64,000 nt of DNA from Lachnospiraceae bacterium UBA1766 (GTDB lineage: Bacteria; Bacillota; Clostridia; Lachnospirales; Lachnospiraceae), in assembly GCA_002314715.1 (NCBI GenBank), contig DCGY01000021.1, positions 10,458-74,457 of the forward strand. The letters run 5' to 3'. Under the pieces are notes generated by a model, which saw nothing but the letters and a program-made list of their open reading frames with translations, made no database searches and had not been told where the DNA came from. How positions within the stretch are numbered: position 1 is the stretch's first letter; each line of letters starts with the position of its first letter. Below are positions 1-7,875 of this stretch, piece by piece. The position numbers and the translations under genes are program-made.

Positions 1-435
1 GGCGATCAACTTGGGCTTATTGATGGAAAGCGCCCCAAATTTGATAGCCTTATCAAATCCCGGAAGAGAAATGGATTTATAGTTTGCCGTAAACAATACC
101 AGTAACAGATTTTCCAAAACAATGGATAAGCCTTGTGTCAACAGCAACTGGTTATGAGAGGGTGCTGTGATAATCGGGTTTATTGTCAGCTTCTGGATTC
201 CGTAACCCAGTAGGAACATTACCAGAATGGTAATCGGTAGTGAAACATATGGGGAAACACCTAACTGAGCAAACATAAAATATGCTACAAACATACCCAC
301 CGTAATCAATGCTCCATGAGCGAAGTTGGTGATCTTCATAACACCGAAAATCAATGAAACACCTAATGCAGCCAGCGCATAAACACCACCCATAAGTAAA
401 CCGTCAATTAATGATTGTGTAATCGAAACTGCCAT
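1..435 (-). CDS. livH: Branched-chain amino acid-type ABC transporter permease (LivH family), 3'-truncated by window edge
   Basis: Manual translation from ATG at 435: MAVSITQSLIDGLLMGGVYALAALGVSLIFGVMKITNFAHG, a typical LivH N-terminus. AAGGAGG RBS upstream; frame open to position 1. Not in the ORF track. Confidence 0.9.
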   Translation of the reverse strand, partial: MAVSITQSLIDGLLMGGVYALAALGVSLIFGVMKITNFAHGALITVGMFVAYFMFAQLGVSPYVSLPITILVMFLLGYGIQKLTINPIITAPSHNQLLLTQGLSIVLENLLLVLFTANYKSISLPGFDKAIKFGALSINKPKLIA

Positions 436-502
436 TTTTCATTCCTCCTTACTGTTCCTTCTTATTCCCTAAAGCCTCTGTGCTTTCAATTCTTTTGGGA
501 AT

Positions 503-540
503 AAAAAAGAGGCTCCGGGAAATTTCCCGAAACCTCTTTG
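503..540 (-). terminator. Intrinsic terminator within livH 5' leader (putative attenuator)
   Basis: Minus strand AAAGAGGTTTCGGGAAATTTCCCGGAGCCTC-TTTTTT hairpin plus U-tract, lying between the predicted promoter (564-592) and the ATG. Confidence 0.7.
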
Positions 541-563
541 TTTCAAATAATTATCTTGGTGTA

Positions 564-632
564 ATCATAGCACGCAATCATTATTATCACAAATATATAA
601 AATTCTATTTATATCATAACTTAAAACCTATA
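564..632 (-). promoter_or_regulatory. sigmaA promoter of livH with upstream putative LysR operator
   Basis: TTGTGA (587-592)-N17-TATGAT (564-569) with extended TG; TATAGG-N8-TATG box at 615-632, 22 bp upstream of -35. Confidence 0.65.
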
Positions 633-679
633 ACTTTTTAAAAATTGTACAAAAACGAGTATTATTTGATATATTCTTC

Positions 680-1591
680 CTATTTTTTTGCTTGTTCCGC
701 CTGTTTCAGTAAATCAATAAATTCCTGTAGTGCCCTTGAGATATATTTCCCTTTTAAATAATAGACCCCAAAAATTCGAATTTCCGGCTCCGGCGTTAAA
801 GAATAATAACACATGTTTGGATCTCTGTTCTGAGAAATAGCACCGGTTGGAAGAAGCATGGCACCAACTCCGTTTCTAACCAGCGCATAGCCTGTCATAA
901 TACTTCCACACTTCATGACATATTTTGGTTCTCTTTGGAAGCGATCAAAAATATTCTTTAAGCACTTTTGAATAGGAAACTCCGCATTCATTTCCAAAAA
1001 TTCCAAATCCAGACAATCTTTTGCGTTTAGAATAGCTTCTCCCTTTTCATCCGTGGGATGAGCCTTGGCGAAGGGATGGTCACCGCGGATTGCCAAAACC
1101 ACCTTTTCCTCAAAAAGCGGCAGGTATTCAAACTTTTTCTCATTTACCTTCTGAGCGGTAATAACCAAGTCAAACATACCGTCCTCTGCCCGAATTCCCA
1201 GTTCCTTTTCCGGATATTCTTCCAATACAATTTCTACTTTCGGAAATTTCTCCCGATACTGTCGTACAAACGGCGGCAAAAAAGCCATGCTGTTTAAGGG
1301 ACCTGCGCCCACCACAATCTTTCCCGCTTCCTCTTTGGAAACATCCGCCAGGATATCCCTCATCTGCTTTTGGGATTGCATAATTGTCTTTGCATGTTGT
1401 ACAAAAACAGTTCCCGCATAAGTCAACTTTAGCGGCAGAGACCGCTCAAACAGTTCGTTTCCGCACTCTTCTTCAATTTTCTGAATAAACTGGCTTAGGG
1501 AGGGCTGCGAAATACCTAGTTTCTTGGCCGCCTCTGAAAAGCTTTTCTCCTCTGCCAGAGTGATTACACATTCCAGTTGTCTGTGATTCAT
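680..1591 (-). CDS. LysR-family transcriptional regulator
   Basis: N-terminal HTH SFSEAAKKLGISQPSLSQFIQKIEEECG..LFER; 303 aa with substrate-binding domain. Confidence 0.95.
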   Translation of the reverse strand: MNHRQLECVITLAEEKSFSEAAKKLGISQPSLSQFIQKIEEECGNELFERSLPLKLTYAGTVFVQHAKTIMQSQKQMRDILADVSKEEAGKIVVGAGPLNSMAFLPPFVRQYREKFPKVEIVLEEYPEKELGIRAEDGMFDLVITAQKVNEKKFEYLPLFEEKVVLAIRGDHPFAKAHPTDEKGEAILNAKDCLDLEFLEMNAEFPIQKCLKNIFDRFQREPKYVMKCGSIMTGYALVRNGVGAMLLPTGAISQNRDPNMCYYSLTPEPEIRIFGVYYLKGKYISRALQEFIDLLKQAEQAKK

Positions 1592-1598
1592 AAATAGT

Positions 1599-2501
1599 TC
1601 ATTCCTCAGGATGTTGTTTTAAGTACGCATAATATCTGCGGATGCCTTCTTCTATGGTTATTTTAGGGGTCCACCCAAAATCCTTCTCCATACGGTCTAA
1701 GCAAAAAGGCCCATGATTGTCATAGCCAAGGGTTCCCCCTCCGATAGAAATCGGAAGGGAGACATCCGTTTGTCTTAAGCAATTCACAATTCGTTGAAAG
1801 GTTACTTCTTCTCCACCGCCTATATTATACACGTCATAATGATGGGAATCTGCCAGGGATGCCTGTAAAATACCTTCTACGCAATCTTCAATATAGACAT
1901 AGTCATAATTTTGATCCATTCCTGTTGCCCACTCTATTTTCTCTGATTTTATTGCATCTGTCAAAAGATTTTTTATAGGTTCCGGCGTAACTCTTCCGGG
2001 GCCATATACGCAGGAAAGGCGTAGAGAGATGGTATCCAAACCATAATTTTTTACGATAGCTTCTCCTGCTACCTTAGATGCGCCGTAGGGTGAAATGGGA
2101 CAAAGCAGGCTGTCTTCTCTTACCGTCTCCATTCGTACATTTCCATATACTGCCCCGGAACTAATATAGACTACCTTAGGCACATCCGCCAAAGCAGCCG
2201 CCTCCAAAACATTTAAGGTACCTACTACATTCACATGATATAGTTTGTGAGGATTATCCTTACACATTCCGGGATGGGAAATGGCTGCATTGTGTATCAC
2301 ACAATCGAACTTCTTTCCCTTCATGATTCTGGCAAGGGTCCCGCTTTCCGAAAGATCTCCGGTAAAATAAGTGCAGCCTTCCACTGATTGGGAAGGCTGC
2401 TTCTCCACGTAAGTATACACCTGATGTCCACGTTTCACCAATTTCTCGATTAAGCATGTTCCAACGAAACCGTTTCCACCGATTAAACAAACCTTTTTCA
2501 T
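1599..2501 (-). CDS. NAD-dependent epimerase/dehydratase (extended SDR)
   Basis: GGNGFVG Rossmann motif, ISSGAVYG, YGASK, VYGPG. Likely start MKKVCL at 2501 (ORF track extends to 2531). Confidence 0.9.
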   Translation of the reverse strand: MKKVCLIGGNGFVGTCLIEKLVKRGHQVYTYVEKQPSQSVEGCTYFTGDLSESGTLARIMKGKKFDCVIHNAAISHPGMCKDNPHKLYHVNVVGTLNVLEAAALADVPKVVYISSGAVYGNVRMETVREDSLLCPISPYGASKVAGEAIVKNYGLDTISLRLSCVYGPGRVTPEPIKNLLTDAIKSEKIEWATGMDQNYDYVYIEDCVEGILQASLADSHHYDVYNIGGGEEVTFQRIVNCLRQTDVSLPISIGGGTLGYDNHGPFCLDRMEKDFGWTPKITIEEGIRRYYAYLKQHPEE

Positions 2502-2508
2502 AGTCAAC

Positions 2509-3522
2509 CTACCTTTCTGCAGTAAACGCACATCGTTTCTTTCCCTTTTCTTTTAATCCATAGCAGGCATTGCAGGAAATACATTGACTGGTAGCACCTT
2601 CCAGTAGGTCTTTTGCAAAGGTATGATTTCGAATGAAAGGTCTGGAAAATCCTACCATATCCGCCCCTTTTTCCAGTGCAAGCTCCGACTCCTCCAAACT
2701 CCGAATTCCTCCGGTCAGAATAAGCGGAACCTTGGTATACGGGCGACATTCTGATAAATAGTCTAAATAATAGAGATGGTCCGTCTTTTTGTAGCCGGAT
2801 AAATTCGTACCACTCAGTTCGATCCCTGCCACGCCCAAATGGTCCAAATTCTCTACCACCTTTTGCAGCATCTTTTTATTTTCTTCCAAAGACACACCCT
2901 CTATACAGGAAGAAATTTTTGCAAAAATGGGATAATCCTCCCCCACATATTCCCGAATCAAATGAAACAAACCCTCCAGTAAATACAAACAGTCTCCCTG
3001 CAATCCGAAGGAATCCTTTCGCTTATTAACCAAAGGGTTCAGAAAATCAGACAACAAATAGCCATGGGACAAATGTATCTGCACGCCGTCAAAACCGCAC
3101 TTTTTCGCAACCTGGGTACTCATAGCGAAATGCTCCATACATTGCCAAATCTCCATTACTTCCATGGAATTTACATTGGGAGGCTTTTCCATAGGCAGTA
3201 CTTTTGACTTATTTCCGGCATGCACCAACTGTGCCAAAAAGGGTTTATCATAAGAATGTACCAAGGAAACCAAAGTCTTGGCATATTCTTTTTGCCTCGT
3301 GGTAATCAAGGCATTTTGCATGTCATCAATTCGTCCCCCTATGGAAACAGTGAAATTTCCCGAAACGATCACACCAATGGAGTCCTTTGCCAACGTTTCA
3401 TAAATCGCCAATTGCTCCTCTGAAACTGTACCATCCTCATTTCCCCTATAGTCATTGGTCGCCGATCTCCATATTCTGTTTTTGGCAAAAAAGCCACCCA
3501 AATAAATTCCTTTTTCAATCAT
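2509..3522 (-). CDS. NADH:flavin oxidoreductase (Old Yellow Enzyme family)
   Basis: KNRIWRSAT, AQLVHAG, GFDGVQIHLSHGYLLSDFL..N.R.D.FG; C-terminal CISCNAC..C cysteine cluster. Confidence 0.9.
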   Translation of the reverse strand: MIEKGIYLGGFFAKNRIWRSATNDYRGNEDGTVSEEQLAIYETLAKDSIGVIVSGNFTVSIGGRIDDMQNALITTRQKEYAKTLVSLVHSYDKPFLAQLVHAGNKSKVLPMEKPPNVNSMEVMEIWQCMEHFAMSTQVAKKCGFDGVQIHLSHGYLLSDFLNPLVNKRKDSFGLQGDCLYLLEGLFHLIREYVGEDYPIFAKISSCIEGVSLEENKKMLQKVVENLDHLGVAGIELSGTNLSGYKKTDHLYYLDYLSECRPYTKVPLILTGGIRSLEESELALEKGADMVGFSRPFIRNHTFAKDLLEGATSQCISCNACYGLKEKGKKRCAFTAER

Positions 3523-3549
3523 AATACTTCTCCGTATAAAAATGCCTGT

Positions 3550-4317
3550 CTAGTTCATTACATCTCCGCAATTCGGGCCCAAGGTTTGGCCCGTATAAAG
3601 ATTTCCACCGGGATCCGATGCCAAAAACAAGGCACTGGGAATGATTTCTTCCAATTTTCCGTATCTTGGAATGACCAGCTCAGCGGCCTGCTTTGCTTTC
3701 CATTCCTCCGACAGTTTCCCTACAAATTGTGTATCCACCGGACCGGGAGCGATACAATTGACCGTAATTCCATACTCGCCCACCTCTCTGGCCAGGGACT
3801 TGGTAAATCCGATAATACCTGCCTTTGCCGCCGTGTAATGAGTCCGGTTGGCACTGCCCTTTTGTCCCAGTTGGGAAGAAATATTGATAATACGGCCCCA
3901 TCTTTGTTTCTTCATATAGGGTACCACATATTTACAGGTCAAAAAGGTACTGTCCAGACTTACTCCCAACATACGGTGCCATTCTTCCATGCTGATTTCC
4001 TCAATTGGTTTCGGATTGGAGATTCCGGCAATATTAATCAGAATATCCACCCTTCCAAACTCAAAAATTGCGGTAGCAATTAATTTCTTAGCAACCTCTT
4101 CCTCTGAAATATCGCCCTTCACCCATACCACTCGGACACCATAACCTTCCAATTCCTCCGTGAATTGACGTATTTTATCCAACGTATCTTCATAATAATT
4201 CAGCACCAGATTTGCCCCCTCCATGGCAAATGCCTTGGGAAATCCACTGCTCATTCCGTATCCACAGCCGGCTCCTGTCATCACTACGGTTTTTCCCTCA
4301 AACATTCTTGCAGACAT
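3550..4317 (-). CDS. Classical SDR oxidoreductase (FabG-like)
   Basis: TGAGCGYG, DILINIAG, YTAAK catalytic motif, VNCIAPGPVDT. Probable start MSARMF at 4317. Confidence 0.9.
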   Translation of the reverse strand: MSARMFEGKTVVMTGAGCGYGMSSGFPKAFAMEGANLVLNYYEDTLDKIRQFTEELEGYGVRVVWVKGDISEEEVAKKLIATAIFEFGRVDILINIAGISNPKPIEEISMEEWHRMLGVSLDSTFLTCKYVVPYMKKQRWGRIINISSQLGQKGSANRTHYTAAKAGIIGFTKSLAREVGEYGITVNCIAPGPVDTQFVGKLSEEWKAKQAAELVIPRYGKLEEIIPSALFLASDPGGNLYTGQTLGPNCGDVMN

Positions 4318-4397
4318 AAAAACCCTTCTTTCCCCGAAGTAATTTTGAAAATAACAAAGGGCCAATGTTTCCATTGGCCCCTTCCTTACGAAACATA

Positions 4398-5630
4398 TTA
4401 ATCATTGTAACGGATTTCAGATTCTGCAAATGCGGTAGGATATACCACTTTGTTGGTACCATCCTGAATCTGAATCAGAGTTAAGGATGCATTCTTGTTT
4501 TCACCCTTTTCATTAAAGACAATGTCACCGGACATTGCGCTTACCATCTCTGCATTGGAGTAGGATAGACCCTTCATTGCTTCACAAAGCTTTTCACCGT
4601 CTACAGAACCTGCTGCCTCCAAAGCTGCAGCCAATACTTTAATGGATTCATAGGCAAATACTGCATGGTTGATAATTTCATCACCATATTTTGATTTGTA
4701 TGTTTCCATCAATGTTTTTGCTTTGTCACTGTTCTTGTTGATGCTGTAGTTACAGTTGATAAAGTTTTCTACGCTGCTTCCAAACTCTGCTACGAACTTC
4801 TCATCGGAAATCGCACCGTTGGAAACACCCATTACACATTTAAAGGTGATATCTCTTTCGTTGACGGTTCTGAATAAAAGAGAGGTATCAGAATAGTAAC
4901 CAATACAAATCAATACGTCTGGTTTCAAACCGGCAAGAGTGGTAACTTCAGAATCCAATGTAGTAGCACTTGCTGAGTATGCGATATTATCCAATAATTT
5001 CAATCCGGATTTTTCAATATTCTTTTCGATATAAGAAGCAGTGGAAGTACCCATTACGGAATCCTCATGAATAATTACTACGCTGCTCCAGTCGCTCTTC
5101 TTGATTTCTCCAAGCATTTCCATGGAATTTACACCGAAGAGTTCTGCATTGGGCTGAATACGGAAGAAAGTACTAAATCCTCTTTCTGCCAAGGAAACGG
5201 TGGAACCAACGGAAACAATATAAGGAATACCTGCCTTCTCTGCCTCCTGTGAAGTAGTCTCTACTACGCTGGACTGATATGCACCGGTCAGTGCTACAAC
5301 GCCTTCTTTTTCGATTAATCGCTGTGCTTCACTGGCGCCTACATCTGCCGCACCCTGGCTGTCTCCGGTTACCAAAACCAGCTTTGCTCCGCCAAGAGAC
5401 TTAATACCGCCTGCTGCATTTATTTCATCAACTGCGATCTGCTGGGCATTTACAAGGGCCTGACCTTCATATGCCATACCACCTGTCAAAGGATGAATGG
5501 AACCGACCTTAATCTCGGTTACCTCTTTTCCTGATGTGCTTCCACCTTCCGAACCGCATCCTGTCACGCAACTCAAAAGCATCGTGGAGGCAATTGCCAT
5601 TGCTACTACTTTCTTCATGGATTTTCTCAT
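4398..5630 (-). CDS. LivJ/K-type ABC substrate-binding lipoprotein
   Basis: Lipobox VTGC, IKVGSIHPLTG..A..G, DEINAAGGI..LGG, AYESIKVLAAAL; AAGGAGG RBS. Confidence 0.9.
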   Translation of the reverse strand: MRKSMKKVVAMAIASTMLLSCVTGCGSEGGSTSGKEVTEIKVGSIHPLTGGMAYEGQALVNAQQIAVDEINAAGGIKSLGGAKLVLVTGDSQGAADVGASEAQRLIEKEGVVALTGAYQSSVVETTSQEAEKAGIPYIVSVGSTVSLAERGFSTFFRIQPNAELFGVNSMEMLGEIKKSDWSSVVIIHEDSVMGTSTASYIEKNIEKSGLKLLDNIAYSASATTLDSEVTTLAGLKPDVLICIGYYSDTSLLFRTVNERDITFKCVMGVSNGAISDEKFVAEFGSSVENFINCNYSINKNSDKAKTLMETYKSKYGDEIINHAVFAYESIKVLAAALEAAGSVDGEKLCEAMKGLSYSNAEMVSAMSGDIVFNEKGENKNASLTLIQIQDGTNKVVYPTAFAESEIRYND

Positions 5631-5650
5631 AACTTTGTCCTCCTTAATTC

Positions 5651-5688
5651 AAAAAGAGGTCTTCAAGCATTCACTTGAAAACCTCTTT
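5651..5688 (-). terminator. Intrinsic terminator within the 5' leader of the substrate-binding protein operon (putative attenuator)
   Basis: Minus strand AAAGAGGTTTTCAAGTGAATGCTTGAAGACCTC-TTTTT, between promoter (5717-5745) and RBS. Confidence 0.7.
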
Positions 5689-5716
5689 GTTTTCTCCCTG
5701 TGTTTGGGTTAAGCAG

Positions 5717-5785
5717 ATAGTACCATAGGCAATTTTATAATGCAAATATTAGAAAAACTATCAAAATCATAATCTTTTGCCTATA
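5717..5785 (-). promoter_or_regulatory. sigmaA promoter with upstream putative LysR operator
   Basis: TTGCAT (5740-5745)-N17-TACTAT (5717-5722) with extended TG; TATAGG-N8-TATG box at 5768-5785, 22 bp upstream of -35. Confidence 0.65.
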
Positions 5786-5815
5786 TGTTGAAATGATGGT
5801 AAAGGATGCAAAAAG

Positions 5816-6739
5816 CTATCCTTCCCTGTAAAATGCCCGAATTGCTTCCATAAAATCCTTCTGAATCTGAGATAGCTTCATACTTTTACGATAAATGATA
5901 TTAATGACTCGGTTTTCCTCATTTCCCTCCAGGCGATAACAATTCAGGTAATTCGATACCTCCTTGGAAACACTGGACGGAATAAAGCAGGCTCCCACAC
6001 CCCTCTGCGCCAGATGAATCGCAGTATTGATATTCTTGCAGGTTAACTTACAATTGGGTATAAAGCCCTCTCGGCGACACAAGCCTTCAAAAATAGCATG
6101 TGCCGGCATGGAGCTTGTTTGTAATATATAAGGAAGCTGCTTACATGCCCGAATATGAATCGTAGGCAGATCTTTTTGTTTTGTAATACTGTTTTGCTTC
6201 TCCTTTGATAAAAAGCTGTCCAGATTCTCGGGGACGGCCAATACGTACTGCTCACGGAAAACTTCTTCTACTATATATGCGTCTTTTATGGCCGGCTGAA
6301 TTACGCTGATGAGAAAATCCACTTTTCCGGAATCCAATAACTCCATTAAATCCGATTCTGCCGATTCCGAAATCTGTATTTCCGTATTGGGATGACTCTC
6401 CATGTATTTTTCAATAATCCTTGGTAACACCAACGTGCTGTTTAAGGGTCCTGCTCCAATTTGAATCTGACCGATTTTATTATCGCGAATATCATTCATT
6501 TCCGTTTGGAGCATCCGTTCCTCTTCCAACACCTTTTTGGCAAATCGAACAAATATTTCTCCTTCATATGTTAATTTTAACGGAGTAGTCCGCACAAAAA
6601 TATCGGCACCGATTTCTTCCTCTACCTTTTTTACATACTGGCTTAAAGAAGGCTGGGAGACATACAACTGCTTGGCCGCCTCAGAAAAACTCATCACTTC
6701 ACTAACCATCACAATATATTCTAATTGTCTGGAATTCAT
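5816..6739 (-). CDS. LysR-family transcriptional regulator (paralogue of 680..1591)
   Basis: HTH SFSEAAKQLYVSQPSLSQ; shares PLKLTY.G and GAGPLNS with the first LysR. Confidence 0.95.
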   Translation of the reverse strand: MNSRQLEYIVMVSEVMSFSEAAKQLYVSQPSLSQYVKKVEEEIGADIFVRTTPLKLTYEGEIFVRFAKKVLEEERMLQTEMNDIRDNKIGQIQIGAGPLNSTLVLPRIIEKYMESHPNTEIQISESAESDLMELLDSGKVDFLISVIQPAIKDAYIVEEVFREQYVLAVPENLDSFLSKEKQNSITKQKDLPTIHIRACKQLPYILQTSSMPAHAIFEGLCRREGFIPNCKLTCKNINTAIHLAQRGVGACFIPSSVSKEVSNYLNCYRLEGNEENRVINIIYRKSMKLSQIQKDFMEAIRAFYREG

Positions 6740-6754
6740 GGGAAAGTCCTCTCT

Positions 6755-6824
6755 TATAGGTTTTTGTTTATAATTTCTATACTCTTTTCAATATTTGTCT
6801 TTATATTAGTGCTCATGATAACAT
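6755..6824 (+). promoter_or_regulatory. Promoter of the EamA gene with the same operator box, in the region divergent from LysR
   Basis: TATAGG-N8-TATA (6755-6772), 22 bp, TTGTCT (6795-6800), then TG-A-TAACAT (-10 at 6819-6824). Confidence 0.6.
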
Positions 6825-6877
6825 AAAGCAAGAGAGAATTGAAAAGTTTTTCGAAAAGAAAAAGAGGAGGATTTTCT

Positions 6878-7807
6878 ATGAATACAAAATCTAGCACCCT
6901 ACGTTATCTGCTGGGACTGCTTTTCGCAATCCTGATGTTCAGTACATTTGAAGTGGCCAGTAAATCCATGCACGGACACATCACTTCCTTTCAGTTGACA
7001 TTTTATCGCTTCCTAATCGGCGGAATCATCCTGATTCCTTTTGCATTAAAGGAAATGAAGAAACGCGGAATTCATTTTACACTGCGGGATCACTTGGAAA
7101 ACTTGGGAATGGGCTTCTTACTTGTTTTTGCCAGTATGGCAGTGACCCAGATTGGATTGCAAATGTCCTCTGCAAGTCTTACGGCCATTATTTTCAGCTC
7201 CAACCCTTTATTTATCTCTCTTTTTTCCGCATTGATATTAAAGGAAAAGCTGAATAAGGGCAAGGTAATCGGTCTGATTGTCGGTATCATCGGGTTATTC
7301 GTTACCTGCGCACATATTTTTACCATGACCTTTGATGTGGATTTCAGTTTTATCATAGGTGTTTTGCTGATTTTTGCGGGTATGCTGATTTTCAGTCTTT
7401 ACACGGTTATGAACAAGCCTCGTGTAAAGAAGTACGGAAGCATTACCTGTACTACACTTTCTTCCATTTACGGATCTCTTACAATTATTCCGCTTTTGAT
7501 TGTTGTAGGCATGAAAGACGGCACCAACGCTTTTGCATTTGATTTCGGCGAGATCATTTGGCAATTCCTGTTTGTGGCAGTTTTTGTAACCGGAATCGCA
7601 TATTATTTCTACTTCGATGCCTTATCCAACCTGGATACCTCCATCAGCTCCATGTCTTTCTTCATCAAACCTCCGTTGGCAAGCTTTATGTGTTATCTGC
7701 TTCTCCATGAAGAAATTCGAATCAACAGCATCATCGGTATCCTCTTGATTTTCGTGGCAGTTTTCATTTCCATGAAATTCGGAACCCCAACACCTAAGAA
7801 ACAATAA
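6878..7807 (+). CDS. DMT/EamA-family transporter
   Basis: About 10 hydrophobic segments, FYRFLIGG, LILKEKL, LLHEEI; AGGAGG RBS before ATG 6878. Confidence 0.9.
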   Translation: MNTKSSTLRYLLGLLFAILMFSTFEVASKSMHGHITSFQLTFYRFLIGGIILIPFALKEMKKRGIHFTLRDHLENLGMGFLLVFASMAVTQIGLQMSSASLTAIIFSSNPLFISLFSALILKEKLNKGKVIGLIVGIIGLFVTCAHIFTMTFDVDFSFIIGVLLIFAGMLIFSLYTVMNKPRVKKYGSITCTTLSSIYGSLTIIPLLIVVGMKDGTNAFAFDFGEIIWQFLFVAVFVTGIAYYFYFDALSNLDTSISSMSFFIKPPLASFMCYLLLHEEIRINSIIGILLIFVAVFISMKFGTPTPKKQ

Positions 7808-7842
7808 AAAATACTCCACAATTTCATGATTTATGATATAAT

Positions 7843-7875
7843 ACCTCCGTATGAATTATATATGGAGGTTTTTTT
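7843..7875 (+). terminator. Hairpin plus U-tract (EamA terminator) overlapping the RBS of the GH5 gene
   Basis: ACCTCCGTAT-GAATTAT-ATATGGAGGT followed by a T-run; the GGAGG arm is the Shine-Dalgarno for ATG 7876. Confidence 0.55.

Noticed and set aside
471-544. PyrR-binding loop interpretation of the leader hairpins
   Set aside because: Shares only GAGGYT with ARUCCNGNGAGGYU; the UCC-NGN part is missing and there are no pyr genes.
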